From Octopus bimaculoides (Eukaryota): a stretch of DNA of 64,000 bases. The stretch lies in contig NC_068983.1 of the NCBI RefSeq assembly GCF_001194135.2, positions 80,358,752-80,422,751 on the forward strand. The letters are read 5' to 3'. The notes under the pieces were generated by a model. That model was not told where the DNA came from. It worked only from the letters and a program-made list of their open reading frames with translations, and made no database searches. Numbering within the stretch: the stretch's first letter is position 1; every line of letters starts with the position of its first letter. Position numbers and translations under genes: made by a program. Of this stretch, positions 49,901-64,000 are shown one piece after another.

Positions 49901-51599
49901 GTAAGTGACCTCAAAATATTTTGCCTTCCATATTATTTCAAAATATATAATTAAAAGAAGAAATTTGAAGAAAGTTTTTGCTTAGAACTTCAAATATCTT
50001 CTTGTACATTTTAAAACATTTTACATATATTACTTTTCAGCATTTATTGATTCTTCTCTCTCAGAAGTTATATTTACTGATTCTCCCAAATATTTTTATA
50101 TGTTAGTGTTCTAAATTCTTGGAATAGTTGGTGTTAGTATATAGTGTTTTGCTAATTATGATGTGATTCAATCCAATCACATATAACTTTTCTTTCTACT
50201 ACTTTTGATTCTTGATATTTTAACTTGTCTTAGACCTTATATTTGATCATGTAAACTGAATGTCAAATGATATTTTTTGTTCATTGATCAGAAGAAATAT
50301 AATTGGACCATAATTATGAAATATCCTGTTTTATTAGATTTCGAAATGTTTTAAATTTCTTATGGGCTGATTTAGATTAATAGTATGGAAAGTAGGTAAC
50401 TGGATTAAGAAAAAAGAAAAAAGTTGGTTTCACATTTTTGTGTAGCATTTTGGTTATTAATTTTGTTTATTATTTTTAAATTGAATACATTTCATCTCAG
50501 AATTAAAAACATTAGAAAACAGAAATAAATATGGTTCATATTGATGAATCAATTTCAAGCAGAAGAGACTTTTCTGTAAATACATTTAAATTTTAAAAAC
50601 TGATTATGTATATGATTTTTTTTTATCTGTAAAAATAATTTAATCTTTTAGAATTAATCAAAATCATTTTTAAAGATTTGTCATTAAAAGTTCAGACCTA
50701 ACTTCAATAGATACTATTTTCATTTTTTGGTTGGTTTTGAAGAATTTTATTCTGTACATTTAGATTTGCAAATGGTTATCTTTGATATTTGATAATATAA
50801 CAAATTTAGTATGAAAAGTTTTTATCAATGATATTGACTATTCAATTTTTCTATGTTTGATTTATTGAATTAAATGAAATTAGTCAAAAGGTAAAAATAT
50901 TTGATCCTAAATTGTGCATTAATAGTTATGAAATATGAATCTAGATATTGGATAATTGCATATAGTGCAAATTCAATAAACTTAATCCCCCAAAAGATTT
51001 TTAGATGACAAAAACAATATTGATAATTTTATGATCATTTTTATACTTTTTTTTTATAAACTATCAATTACTTTTTATAAGCTATCAAATATATACCGTA
51101 TAGTCATTTGTGTGTTTCTCATCTCGCTTTTATGTATGACTATCCATCAAGTGGATGCTGGTGTATGACTTCTTTTAATGTAGGGAGATAGGTACACAGA
51201 ATGAGAGTATATTCTTAAAATACAGAGATCTAAGTTTAACAGTAGGAGTTCTATAATGATCAGAAATTCTGTCAGCTGTAAATGTAACTATAAGAATGCA
51301 TATAAATCTCAGAATGTAAAAATGTAAATAAATATGTGAAAATCATAATGGTAAAGTCTCACTCCACTTAGGTTGGGTGTCAAAAGAGAAGGATCTAACT
51401 TTTATAGATTCCATCACACTGTTTAATTTGACAATTAATATTTTAGTGTACAAATTCTGCCGAGGTCAACTTTGTCTTTCATCCTTTTGGGGGTCAATGA
51501 ATTAAGACCCAGTTTCCTACTGGGGTCGATCTAATCAACTGGCTCCCTCCCACAAAATTTTGGGCCTTGTGCCTAGAGCAGAATAGAATATTTTAGTGT

Positions 51600-52150
51600 A
51601 CAATTATCATCATCAAGATCCCTTAACTGATGCAGCCAGTCATTGGGGCACATTTCCATTGATCTTTGTTCTCTGCCATACATAGCAGGGTTGCAGTGTT
51701 GCAACTTATCTAGTCCTTGATGTTGACAGACTAGAATTTCTTGTCTGCCTCACCTTTGGCCTCCCTCAACTGTGTCCTGAAGGATGGTTTTGGACAAGCA
51801 GTTGTAGCAGTATATGTAACTATACCAGGCAAGCTTTCATCCTTTTACCTGCATGCAGAGTGGCTCCTGTCTGCCAGCGTGTTTTTTGACTTGCTGTCTG
51901 TCAAAGCTGTTTGTTTTATGTTTTGTGTATAGGATGCGTAATAACCTTCTGAAGCATTTTTGCTTCATGTCAGATGTAAGAATCTAGCTCTCATACCCAT
52001 ACAGAAGGATCAAAGTCACTAGAAACTTGTACACTTTGAGTCTCCTTGGAAAAGTAATGGAGTTGCTTTTCGATATGGTTTTCAACTTTATCATGGCAGC
52101 CAACGCCAAACAGAGTCTTGTTGTTATCTCTCTTTTTTTTTAGATTTGCT
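51600..52150 (-). mobile_element. Decayed RTE LINE 3' portion
   Basis: REITTRLCLALAAMIKLKTI...LLYGYES*...CFRRLLRI...LSKTILQDTVEGG; same family as 42570-42850. Confidence 0.75.
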
Positions 52151-55100
52151 GTCCTTGGTTAGAGTGGATCTTAAGCACTTGAAGGTAACAATATAGAATT
52201 AAAATTCTGTAAGAATCCAATATACATTACTATTACATCACTTAAACCAAGCATTGTTTTATTTTCATTTGATTTAATTTTTTTAAGGCAATATATGCTA
52301 TCAAATTCAATTTCAATGCACTAACCTTGTTTCAAGTTGTGGGTGTTTTGGATATTTAAAAGAATAATATCAAATTTAAAGTAGTAGTAACACCACAGAC
52401 TGTTTATTATGTTGACACATGTGAATCAGTTAGTATTACAGATGATATCATTTTGATATTGATATTTTTGCTACTAGTATTGTTTACTGTCACTGTACAA
52501 TATATATAGTTTAACTAAAGTCCAGAACTGGAAAAAAAATTCCTTTTTCTTTATACTCAGCTTACATAAATTTACTTCAGTGCTGAAATATTTTTGTTTA
52601 GCCTTAAATCAACTCCAAATGAGGCAACCTGTGATTAAAAGTATTTCTGCTGTGAACATTTTGTTTTTTACAAGGCAGAATAAATCAAGTACCACACTAT
52701 CCAAGTATCCTTCCAGTTTAAGATGGTAGGGTATGATTTGAGGAAAAGTGGACTGTTATTTCTAGCAGGTGAACCATTTGCATACATGCTTGCTTATTGG
52801 GTTAAAGAACATTCTATTTGTTTTTTGAAATGTTACTAATTTTCTGAAACCACATTGCACACTGTGGCTAGTCAGGATTCATTAAGGTCACAAATAGAGA
52901 AAGCAGAAAAAGTAACAAATGATAGCATATCTTACATATACACATTTATACTTTTATATATGATTTCCATATATTAGGCTCAATTTATTGAATAATTTTA
53001 TGGAGAATTTTGTGTTGCTTTAATAATTTATTTAAATAATATATGTTATGCTCTTCATATTCTTTTCAAATATATATTTTCATTTAATCAACAATACTAG
53101 AAATTTTTCTGAGAAGTAGAATATATTTGCTTTTATTAAATAACCTATCCATTTTTCCATTAAAATTGTGCTAACTATTGAAATAGGGAGATAATTATTT
53201 TTACTGAAAAATCAGAAAAGTAACAAAATAATGGATATATTATAACATTTTGTATTCCTTCACATTCAAATAATAAACTAGTACTAAATTATCAAAAACA
53301 AAACAAAAATATGGTGTAAATCTTACAACATGCTAATGCAATTAGAATTGAAAACAAGTCAGTTTGAACAGTTCCCAAATTTATATAGATATCTTTATTG
53401 AAAAAATGTTTTTAAAAACTTGCTGAAATATATCAATTTATATTTCCATTGTTTGAAAATATGGATTTTTAAAATAAATTATTGCTATTTAGAAATTCAT
53501 TTGAAATTTGATTTCACTCTAAAAGGAAACACTGTTTATAATAAATTTATTGCAATAGCTTTTAACTATGAAAGATCAATTGTCCCAGAATGTTTTTAAA
53601 TACATTACAAATATTGTTTTGAAGTTTTTTTAGGTAGTTTTTCATGCAATTTTCATTGCTTGATTTCAAAATATCTCCTGATTTGATTAGTTTGACTTCT
53701 TGCCTGTTATTCAATTGTTAAAGCAGAAAAACTTAGCTAATTTTAAATAAGCTATAATGATTAGTGGATAAAGGTGTATCATTTATTACACTATCATCTT
53801 ATGTAACACATTTTGCACTCATATATATGTAAGTATGTGTTTTTGTGTGTACTACCTTAAACTGGTATTCATGTGTGTCTATTTAAGACGCAATGCTATG
53901 TAGAAGTGTACTCATACTGTAAGGTACATATCTTAATTTTTTAGTTTGATCTCCAAATGTATGAGTATTAGGAGTATTTCCTATATGCTGAGCATATAGG
54001 AAATTCCTGATATCTCTATTGATGTTGGCTAGCCACTGTTCTGCTATAGCCTAATCTCAATCTGTTTGCATATGTATACTGCTTTCTGGTTATATGACAG
54101 AAACTGGGTGGTGGCGGTTCTCATCACTGTGTGTGTGCCTTCCATTCATTTCTTCAAGGCTCCTCAATGATGAAGTTTCCATTGACTGGTTTATAGTAAA
54201 TATTCCTCTTTTAGCTGCTATTTTGTACTGGCTATTGTATCTCAGTGACTGAAGTTGGAGTCAAGATTCAATCAAGCTAAAAGAGTAGAAGGAAAGTGGT
54301 AAAACTAAGACTAACCCAAACTCAGTGATCAAACAAAGACGTTTGTTCTGCTTGCAGAACATTTCCAAAGAATCAACATCAGAGTGAAGCAGATGATGCT
54401 ACCACATGGATTTCATGTACGTCTATGAAGGAAAGACTGAAACTAAGGGAAAAGGAAATAAACTTTAGATAATGGAAAAAAATTAATTTCCAGATTATTA
54501 GTAGTTGTAGTAGCAACAGTTGCAGGTCTCTTAAATTATACAAGTTCAATTATATTAAGATTTAACAAGAAAATTATTTAGAATCTGATGAAAATAGTAA
54601 GAATTTCTCTCAGATTCCTATAGCACAAGTTATCTAGTGTACACTAGTATCTTATCTAATTTTGTTTTATCCACTTAATATGAGCATTATGACTTTTAAA
54701 AAGACTGCTTTCTTTTAATATTGTATGTGAGCTTGAAAGTCAATAAATGTATGAAAATTCACAAAATTTGTGTAAAAGAAAGTAAAATTGGTTTTCATAT
54801 ATTGTATTCAAATAATTAAAATACACAAAATGTACTTGTAAATTTAGGTAACAAAAATATAGGTTACAATTTGACATCTTAAATAACAAAGATATAGGTA
54901 ACATTTTGAAATTAAATAAGAAGCATTATGAGACCTTGAAGAGGATAATTTCACTTTCATATGGGAAGTAAAGCATAAAAAGAACAGTATTCTGATTCAA
55001 AAAAGTAATTTGGATGTACATTTCCATTAAATATTTATAAATTCAAACATATTACCTATAATTTATTATTTTACTTCTAACCAAATATCTAAATATCGTG

Positions 55101-56371
55101 TGATCTTTAATTGCAAACTGATTAAGGCAATTTGATAATCATTTTGAAAAAAATTCCTAATGTAATATTCTCAATATTTATTTTAATGTAACTAAATTCT
55201 CAACATTACAAAGGTTACAACCTAGAAGCTAAGATACTACTTCGGGGCCAGAATCTCTTTTGATATTTTGGAGTTTCTTACTCTGTTTTCTGTCAATTAT
55301 CCAGTTTTTATTAAAGATTTATATTTTAAGGATAATACAGCTTTTTCGAATAAAGCATAAGATAAATTGAATAATGAAGCCATTATATGATGAGAGAAAT
55401 AATTACAAACAAGCTTTTGAATTGTTCACTGTTGAATTTTTCATTTGTCAAATAGCTTTATTGTTCCGATGAAGGCTGTTGTAAAATGGCTGAAATCAGT
55501 ACAGTCATGCTTTTCATGACAAAAGCTATTCTTAGCACCCAGAATGAACAATAATTTTCTATAAAACAATAAGAGCTATTGAAAAGAAAAATTATATATA
55601 TAAAAAAATTGTTTTAGAACATAATGATAAGTGACTGAAATATAGAAGTGAGAATACACTTTCTCTTGTTACATTGAATAGTAATACTTTTCTACTATTT
55701 TGGTTTGCTCACATTTAACAACCTCACTCAGATTGTTATTCATGGTTATTTTTTAAAATTCTGTTTTATATATTATGGCTGATAATGTAGTGTATTTGTA
55801 ACCTGCTCATTTGTTGTATTATATATTATGAAAAAGAATGTTAATGCTAAAGAATTAATTTTTTTAATGCGATGAGATAATTTAAATGTTTTCTGATATA
55901 TATGGAATAAATGTTATTATTAGTATTATGTTATTCTTTTTTATTATCTATGAAATAATTGTATGCAAAGTTAAAATGAGATATTTCATTAGTAAAATTG
56001 AAGTTTATATTTTTGACATCATAGTTATGTTTCCGAAAACATTTTAATATGAAAATAAATATGGATAGGTTTATTATCTGGTTACATTACCTTTAGGCTA
56101 TTTTCTTTCTGTGAATTAGATTTATTTTGCCTCATTTCATGGGAGTAATATTTCTCTTGTTAAAAATATTGATTTATTACAATGGCACGAAGTTACAAAT
56201 TTGTTAGGAAACAGGTAAAGTTTATTGAATCTAGATATTACTGGTAGTTATTTTATTAACCCCCATAGGGATAAAGACAATGTTAAAACTGCAGGATTTG
56301 AACTTTGAACATAACATGACAAAATTATCCTGTTCAAGACATTTAGCCTGAAACTACTTATTCTGAATTAA

Positions 56372-56593
56372 CCCTTTAGCATCTAAACTGGCTTTATATC
56401 TGGCCCAAATGTTCTATTCATTCTATATTCAAACTGACCACATCCAGCCTCTCACACCTATTCTACCATGTCGCTCTGAAAATAAATAATCACATCTTCA
56501 AAATTTCAAAGCTACAAGATAATGCATGATTAATTCAAAGCAATGTGAATAAATAGGCATTACATTTGACAGAGTAATCTGAATGCTAAAGAA
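56372..56593. mobile_element. piggyBac-type MITE
   Basis: TTAA|CCCTTTAGCAT...ATGCTAAAGAA|TTAA. A half copy lies at 45510-45606. Confidence 0.7.
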
Positions 56594-57844
56594 TTAAACT
56601 ACCCCTGTTTTTTTATTTTTAAGAAAGCATTTGGAAATTGATACCTATTTAAATTTAATATATTATGGTGTTAAATCATTATGATATCTGCTCCACATGT
56701 TTTAACTTTTTGAAGCAAATGGAAAAAATAACTTTATTATTTATAAGTATTTGTACACAACCTACCATGTATTAGGAACCTAAGATCAATTTAAAGTAGT
56801 TACACTACAGTTTTTAAAGCCTTGCTTTTAAGTTTCACAGAAAGGCTTTTGTAGTTTAACTACTTAAATTTATCTTAGGTTTGTAACTTTAATATGTTTT
56901 ACTGAAACAAAATTTACACGATATACTTAAACTTATGACTTTGGTTTTGTCTATTTTATAAATATTGATTTAATGAAATAATAGGTTTGGTGAAAATGCT
57001 AAATCTTTCTTTCCAAAGTTTAAAATACGCAGACAATTTATGAAACATAAGTGTTTTATGCCCTAGACATACTTTATGTAGTTTGAAATTAAAAGTATAT
57101 GATAAAATTATCAAGATATCTGCTAGTGCCCTCTATGTATGAAATAAAATTATTCAAAATTGAAAAAAAATTAAGTTAATTAAGGTAGATTTTCTTTTTA
57201 TGCTGGAAGTAGTAAAAATATCATTTACAATCAATAATATTACAAATAATGATCAGTGACAAAACAAAATTATCCTTTGATGTAATTAAATAGTGTACAC
57301 ATTACTTGATAATAAGAGTGACTGTCTGTGTTCTGAGAAATTTATATTGGCCTGTAATTTAGTTAATTTTCCAAATTTGATTCAAATGTGTAAATTAGCA
57401 TTAAAACAATAAACTTTTTCTTAGGCTTGTAATATTGAAGTATGCAAATAAAATAGGCATACATACATACATATATGCATGTTTGCTTACATATTCTATA
57501 GTTTCAAGAGATTACAGAAATTATGATGATATATAAGTTATAACAATCTATTATTTCAAGCAACCTGAGAGTAATAGTCTTCCAACAATAATTCTTCCTT
57601 TTCCACACAAGATTTAATGAGGAACTATATACAAAATAGAGATTTGAGGATTGTGAAAGATTCAGTTTTCGCACCATCAGTATCAATATGGTATGAATGT
57701 AAGAGGCAAGAGTTGTGAACATTGAAATTGACAAGTATGATGATGATAAGGTGAAATGGATAGCAAAAAGAGATTTAGTCAAAGACTTATTGATAGTAGT
57801 TGAAAGACAATTTGTGTGTCACTTACAGTCCTTGCCCTTATTTA

Positions 57845-58100
57845 TACCCTCGATGTCAGCAAAGCATTCACCTTTGTCTGGCATACAAATCTGCAAAAAC
57901 TACCCTCTTATAGGCTTCATATGTCTCTCATCTTTTGGATCAGTGGTTTTCTCTTCTTTTCACACCTACTATGTCCAGCCTAAGCCTCATGTTAATCACT
58001 TCATCCAGTCCTTCCTCCTCAGAATGTTAGCCTCTTAAATTCCATCCCTGTTTCTCCTGTAGCTGTCAGTTTGTGTCTATTCAAAAGTAATGTTAACTGC
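57845..58100 (+). mobile_element. CR1/L2/Jockey-like LINE RT fragment with large internal deletion
   Basis: TLDVSKAFTFVWHTNLQKLPSY...WISGFL, followed closely by a C-terminal-like LFKSNVN. Confidence 0.65.
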
Positions 58101-58652
58101 TTTGATCTAACTTCCTTGAATATGCCTGAGAAAGCCATATTTGTAACTCTTTCCTCCATAATGGCAAATAAAGAGTTCTACGGGTGAATACTTTTTCTAG
58201 TGAAATATTTACCTAAAGCTGTTGGTCAACACAGGTTGAGAGCAGTAGTAGTGGAATGACCACTGGTCAAAAAGTTTCTTCAGTGCATCATTTAAAATTG
58301 TGTACTGTTACAGATGCAAAATGCTTTACTTATTTTTTTCATCGTGTTTACCAAATATGGAATGTTATTTTTTTCCAACAAAGGGCAAAGCTCCATAGTT
58401 CACAGATGTCTATAGAATAATGAAGTTTAGCAGATGAGTTTTGCCGAAGGAAATTTAATTAAAAGAATAATTTTGGTCACAAATTAAAGCTTTGTTCTTG
58501 TTTTGAATACATAAAGAGAACTAATTTATTCGAAAGATAGTGTCTCTCTGGTGAAAATCTTATAGCTACTATGTTTTCTTTACTTTTAGATTTTCTTCTT
58601 TTTAAATAACTCGTGTATTTTTTTTGTGTGTGTATGTGTGTGTTTAAATGTT

Positions 58653-58702
<50 letters not shown>

Positions 58703-59050
58703 TACACTTATACACATATCTATATATTAATTCATTTGAAAAGATAAATAATGAGAAGAATTTAAATTATAAAGCACAGAAGAATAACATGTTGAGTTGA
58801 AATTTAAGCTCTACAAAGATAAAACTAATGAGGGATAAATTCTGAAATGAATATATATANNNNNNNNNNNNNNNNNNNNNNNNNNNNNNNNNNNNNNNNN
58901 NNNNNNNNNNNNNNNNNNNNNNNNNNNNNNNNNNNNNNNNNNNNNNNNNNNNNNNNNNNNNNNNNNNNNNNNNNNNNNNNNNNNNNNNNNNNNNNNNNNN
59001 NNNNNNNNNNNNNNNNNNNNNNNNNNNNNNNNNNNNNNNNNNNTATATAT

Positions 59051-59931
59051 AAGGGTTTGGTGAATAAACTGCCTACATGTCTAAATTACACAAAAATGAA
59101 AACACTGACATCTCATTTTAACAGATATATTCATCAAAATTACATTAAAATATCTTGAAATACTAAAGAGTAAATTTATTTAATAAAATCACCATTGGCT
59201 TCAATCATGGCCTCCAGACGACTTTGGAATCTACTGCAACTCTTCTGGATGGTCTCCTCACTTAAGGCGATGAATGCTGCCATAAACCTTGTCTCCAGTT
59301 CATCTTTGGTGTTACAAGGATTTTATTAATTTCTCGCTCAACTGCACCCCACACATAATAATCAAGGTGGTTACAGTCTGGGGAATTATGTGGTCAGATG
59401 TTAGGGGTGATGTGGTTGCAGAAATTGTCTGACAGCTATGATTGGGTTCTCCTGTTTGTGTGGCATGGTGCAGAATCCTGTTGCCAGACATAGGGTCTTC
59501 CTGCAGCCACCCTCTTGACAACAGGGCAGCACTACCTCCTCCAGGCACTTGATGCAGGCCTTCGTGTTGAGTCTGAGGCTATGTGGGAAGATGAATGGAG
59601 GCATAACGTCACCGTCACTAGTGATCATTTCAGACACCATGATGTTAACTGGATGTTTGATTTTTATTACTCTCAGTGCATGTCCTCAGACTGCACTGTT
59701 CTCAGATTGACACCAAAACACTTTGAAATGTTTGTATTGGAGCTTCCGGCGTGAATGCCAGTATGTCATTTCCAAATTTCTGGCAGAGTGAATTGTGTCA
59801 TGGTGCTGCTTTTCTTACAGATGGTGCCCAACTGACCCTACCATACTGTGTAGTTGACAAAATCAAAAACAACAATGAACATGCACGAAATTAAAAATAT
59901 AAAATGGCGACAATTTACCCATCGCACCCTG
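59051..59931 (-). mobile_element. Internally deleted maT (DD37D) transposon
   Basis: Terminus TA|CAGGGTGCGATGGG at 59931 and a degenerate AAGGGT end at 59051. GRPYVWQQDSAPCH...I*PHNSPDCNHLDYYVW has 37 residues between the Asp residues and two W-to-stop changes. Confidence 0.85.
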
Positions 59932-60174
59932 TATATATATATATATNNNNNNNNNNNNNNNNNNNNNNNNNNNNNNNNNNNNNNNNNNNNNNNNNNNNNN
60001 NNNNNNNNNNNNTATATATACATACATAGCAATGTTTGTGGCTGAAGATAGCTTTAAACCATCCTTTATATCAACAATATATACTGATGTAATGACAGAT
60101 TGTGTATAAAGCTTGAAACATGTGTACCGCGATATCCTTTGTGTTCTGTTTTCAATTTATGTTTGATATATACA

Positions 60175-61015
60175 TTTCATGCAGTTGGTTGATGTATACA
60201 TCCACTGTAATTGACTTACCAGGTCTCATGAAGCTGTAGTGGATGACACTAGTGCTGGACCACCAAACAGACGCCATTAGTTCTTTTTGGTGAATGTTCT
60301 ATTTTGGATTGTGTTTTCGCACTTCATCTCTACCCAACTACCATGCAGAATGCTTGCTATTGTTGAAAAGAATCCATTTTTCATCATACATAACAATACG
60401 ATGCAAAAATGGTTTGCTTTTATGCCATGACAGCAAAGAACAAGTTTCAAGATGATGTGTCATTTGATGCTTGTTCAGTTCGTGTGGTACCCACTTGTCC
60501 AGCTTCTTTACCTTGCTGATTTGTTTCAGATGGTCCAATACATTTGGAATCAAAACATCAAACCTTGCTACTAACTCACGCATAGTTTGAGATGTATCCA
60601 CTTCCACTAGTTTCCACCTCATCATTATCCACCTTGGTCTCAGGTTTACCACGGGACTGATTGTTAAGAGTAAAGTCACCCGACTGGAACTTCTCAAATC
60701 ATTGAAGTACAGTGTGCTTATTTGTCACTTCTTCACCAAACACCTCATTGATGATAATAGCTGTCTGGGATGCATTGGTTCCATGATGGAACTCATATTC
60801 ATAAACAACCTGAATTTTTTATTTATCCATGGGTTCACAAAAATTGATTTACAAAAGAAAGCTCACAAAATGGTCAGACACCATGAATTGCAGTTCAAAA
60901 AGTGATGTAACTCTTCAATGTTGTAAAACAAAGAATTGTCAGATAAAACATTAGAGTTAACAACTGTCAAACTTAGTGCATAAGAATGTCAGACATTTCA
61001 CTCTTAATGACCTGA
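60175..61015 (-). mobile_element. Mariner transposase remnant, 3' truncated
   Basis: Terminus TA|TCAGGTC at 61015; KLDKWVPHEL...FLHRIVMYDEKWILFNN and LMASVWWS...IHYSFMRPGKSITVDVYINQL. Confidence 0.85.
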
Positions 61016-64000
61016 TATATATATATATATAATTAGAGAGGAAAATGAATCCTATGCCTTAGGTTTCACTATTTCTGGGAGCATATCATATGCCACTCAT
61101 CAGATATCACACTGCAGTTTATTAATTAAGGGAAAAGGTACTAGTAAATAAAGGATATATCATTTTGAGAAGTATATCTTAAGATTATGATTTCCCATTA
61201 CTAATGTTAGAATAATATTTACAATGATTCTGACAATGCCAACATGGTTAGTTATATGAAACTTGATCTAGATTTAGTTGAAATTCCTCTTGGCTGCTAG
61301 CATTTTAAATTTCTTAATCAATGTTAAAAACTCTATTATATCATCATTCTTTATTTTGGAATTTAAAATAATATATTGTTTTAAAAGAAGTATTTTATCC
61401 TAAATTAGAATATCTGCCATCCCATATTAAGATGTCATTTATTTGAGGGTTTGTTTGGATGTGTTGCAGAAATTTGTGAAGACACGGTGTATAGCATAAT
61501 AGAATGATTTGATAGCAGATTATTCATTCTTCTTATAGAATGCTGGTATTATTACAGGATATCATTAATGAGTGGACATGTTTTTTCCTGAAAGCAGATA
61601 CACTCTATCCTGTTGCCACCAACTCCCACCTTTTTTTATTTAGTTTCTTTTTAGCTCATGATTTCTTAATTTATTATTAGTGAATATTTTTTTTATTAAT
61701 TTCAACTACCAAATCTTGAGATGCTTGTAAAAAGTTTGTTAGTTTTATCTTAAAAACCATTTGTTATTGTTGTATAATGAATGCAGTTGTAGCTGTGTAG
61801 TTAAAGAGTTCACTTTGCAACTATGTGGTTCCAGGTTTAGACAACTGCCTTCTACTATAGTTTCTGAGTGACCAATATCTTGTGAGTAGAATTTCATAGA
61901 TGAAATCTGTGAAGAAGATCCTTGTATGTGTTTATGTGTGTGTATCTTTTTCTGATTTATATTGATATAGAATATAAATATTAGCGTGAAAACTTAGAAA
62001 ATCCCTCCAAAACTGCTTTACAAACAAAGTCCTTCACACTGAGTTTCTTGTTACTCTTGCAATAAAAAATTGATGTGAACCAGTGATTAGTTCATTTGAA
62101 AAGTGTAGCTGATGATGCATTTGTTAAAAAAATATAATATAAAATATATCTAAAAAATATTGATAATATCAATCTTGAGTGATATTCATGAAAGAGAAAA
62201 ATAATTTTAGTAAGCTAATTACTATTCTCTCTCCCCAACTTCATTTTAATGCTCAATCCAACCTGCTTATATGTTAATTTGACATACATTTAATCTAAGA
62301 TTCCCTTCTTTACAATAGCATTTATATTAACACATTTTGTATAATTAATTCTCAACTACTCAGTTCTTTTACCTACTAAACTATCAATTTGATACAATTG
62401 ACAATTGACATTAACAAGATATCAAGAATATATTTCCTTAGATATATTTAATATATTTTTATTCAATTCTTAATATTTTTTAGGGAGTAAACTTTATTCT
62501 AATCATCACGAACTCAAATTCTTTCAAATTACTCACCAATATAAGACCCTGTCAATAAAATTTCCAGCTATCATCATCAAATAAGTGATTGATAGTTACC
62601 TAAGGTTATGAAATCTGAAGAAATAACATTCTCTCTTAAGAAATATATTGGACAGATGTGCTACCTCAACATATCAATTGAAATCACTTATACTCTGTTT
62701 TACAGATCACATAATGAACTTAAATTCCATAATCTTGACCAGATTAAAATTCTTGATAGTTATGTTGTCAAATTGAGAATGAGTTATTTTAAATTTCTGT
62801 TTACTACTCTCTGAAAAATGAAGAAAGAAGAAAAACTACAAAATAGTTATATTTGCACAGTGTAAAGTTACTCTTAATATAGCCTTTTTAATGGTTTGGT
62901 CTGGAGGAAGGGGTTGTGCCCATGGCCTTCATGGGCCTTCCAAGACTGGTGGGATTGACATAGTTGATGTTCCTCTTCAGTAGTGGAAGCTGATGGCTGA
63001 AAAGGTAAAAGAAAAAAAAAACATATTTCCTGATGGATGACATTCTGAGAACAAAGGGCTTGGTAGAAGGTTGGTGTACATCTGTGTGTAAGAGGTAACA
63101 ATAGGGATGATAAAAAGAGAAAAGGAAAAGTGAGCCAGGTGGGCCTGGAGTGGAGATTGCAAAAGACCAACAAGTTCCATGGGAGAAAGCCACTGAAATA
63201 TTAATAAAAAGACAATGAGGTCAGTGAGGAAACAACATGTCAGCAGGTCCATGCTGAAGTGTGTTGAAGAGCAGCTTCATATCAATCAATCAGGTGGAAG
63301 TTTTTGAAATGCATTCTAGAATGTCTCTGTGTGTAGTTGCAGTAACATCCCAAATATGAAAACAGTATTCAGTTGTAGATTTCACCTGAACTTTGTATAA
63401 GACTAGTAATTGTTGGGAGCTGAAGTATCATTTGATCCTAAAGAAGGTTGCCATCCTTTTGATAATTAGACTGGCAGCTATATAATAGGGGTATGTCAAA
63501 ATTTCAGAATCTCTATTTTCATACAATCTTCCTTGATTGACCTCTTCCAATTCTCTCATATCTAGTTTCAAACACTGCTATAGTATCAATTATCAAACTC
63601 TTGTAAGATTTCTATTAAAAGTAAACTATACTGTTTTGATTATTTTGCTGCAGAAAAAAGTTTCAAACTGTATTACACTTGTACCAAGACTTCTGTCCAA
63701 ATTTAGAAAGCTCTCTTGCACTAGAATGAAATGTATTTCTCTAGGAGCAAAAAAGAAAAAATAAATGAAAGAAATCCATATCAAGAGGAAGATGCAATAG
63801 TTCAAAGGAGAAGAAATAGCTAATCAGAAATGAAAATAAATAGATTGTAAGCTAACAAAAAAATAGATAGAAAAATAATGATAATGGAGATAAGACACTG
63901 GAATATTACAAAGTAATTTTAAAAAAATAAACCAACTCAAACTGTTAAATATCCTTTGAAATCTAAATCACTTTTATAGTAATTTTCACATGTACAAATT

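Noticed and set aside
57504-58038. Overlapping 92-aa and 107-aa ORFs
   Set aside because: No splice or homology support; the recognisable part is a LINE RT fragment in another frame.
63537-63821. Possible terminal exon(s) near the window end (e.g. SKKEKINERNPYQEEDAIVQRRRNS*)
   Set aside because: No similarity to the CNTD1 C-terminus or any protein I recognise; compatible with chance in A-rich DNA.

Overview
AT-rich, microsatellite-dense eukaryotic scaffold with many N gaps. The repeat repertoire (tRNA-derived SINEs with (GAT)n, (AAC)n and (AAGAGTA)n tails, RTE LINEs, Penelope-like elements, DD37D maT and mariner transposons) points to a cephalopod, probably Octopus; this is an inference. The one host gene I can support is a + strand, multi-exon orthologue of CNTD1/COSA-1, the cyclin-like meiotic crossover factor. 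Six coding exons with GT-AG sites and compatible phases (13758-13922, 23000-23103, 26329-26494, 28432-28594, 29915-30059, 32632-32728) splice into 280 aa with no stop. The terminal exon could not be identified with confidence. The rest is intronic or intergenic DNA filled with decayed mobile elements: a CRE-type restriction-like-endonuclease retrotransposon end, a Penelope GIY-YIG element, RTE and CR1/L2-like LINE pieces, a Gypsy gag-protease remnant, two DD37D maT copies, a mariner, hAT and piggyBac-type MITEs, and at least three SINE families. The most notable non-coding signals are a near-intact minimal hammerhead ribozyme motif (minus strand, 3187-3229) with several decayed relatives, a TSD-flanked chimeric retro-insertion, and an apparent CpG-content boundary near 12 kb. 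All homology calls come from manual translation and recalled family motifs; no searches were run. Nearly all microsatellite- or N-spanning ORFs in the supplied track are artefacts. No CRISPR array, rRNA or true tRNA gene was seen.
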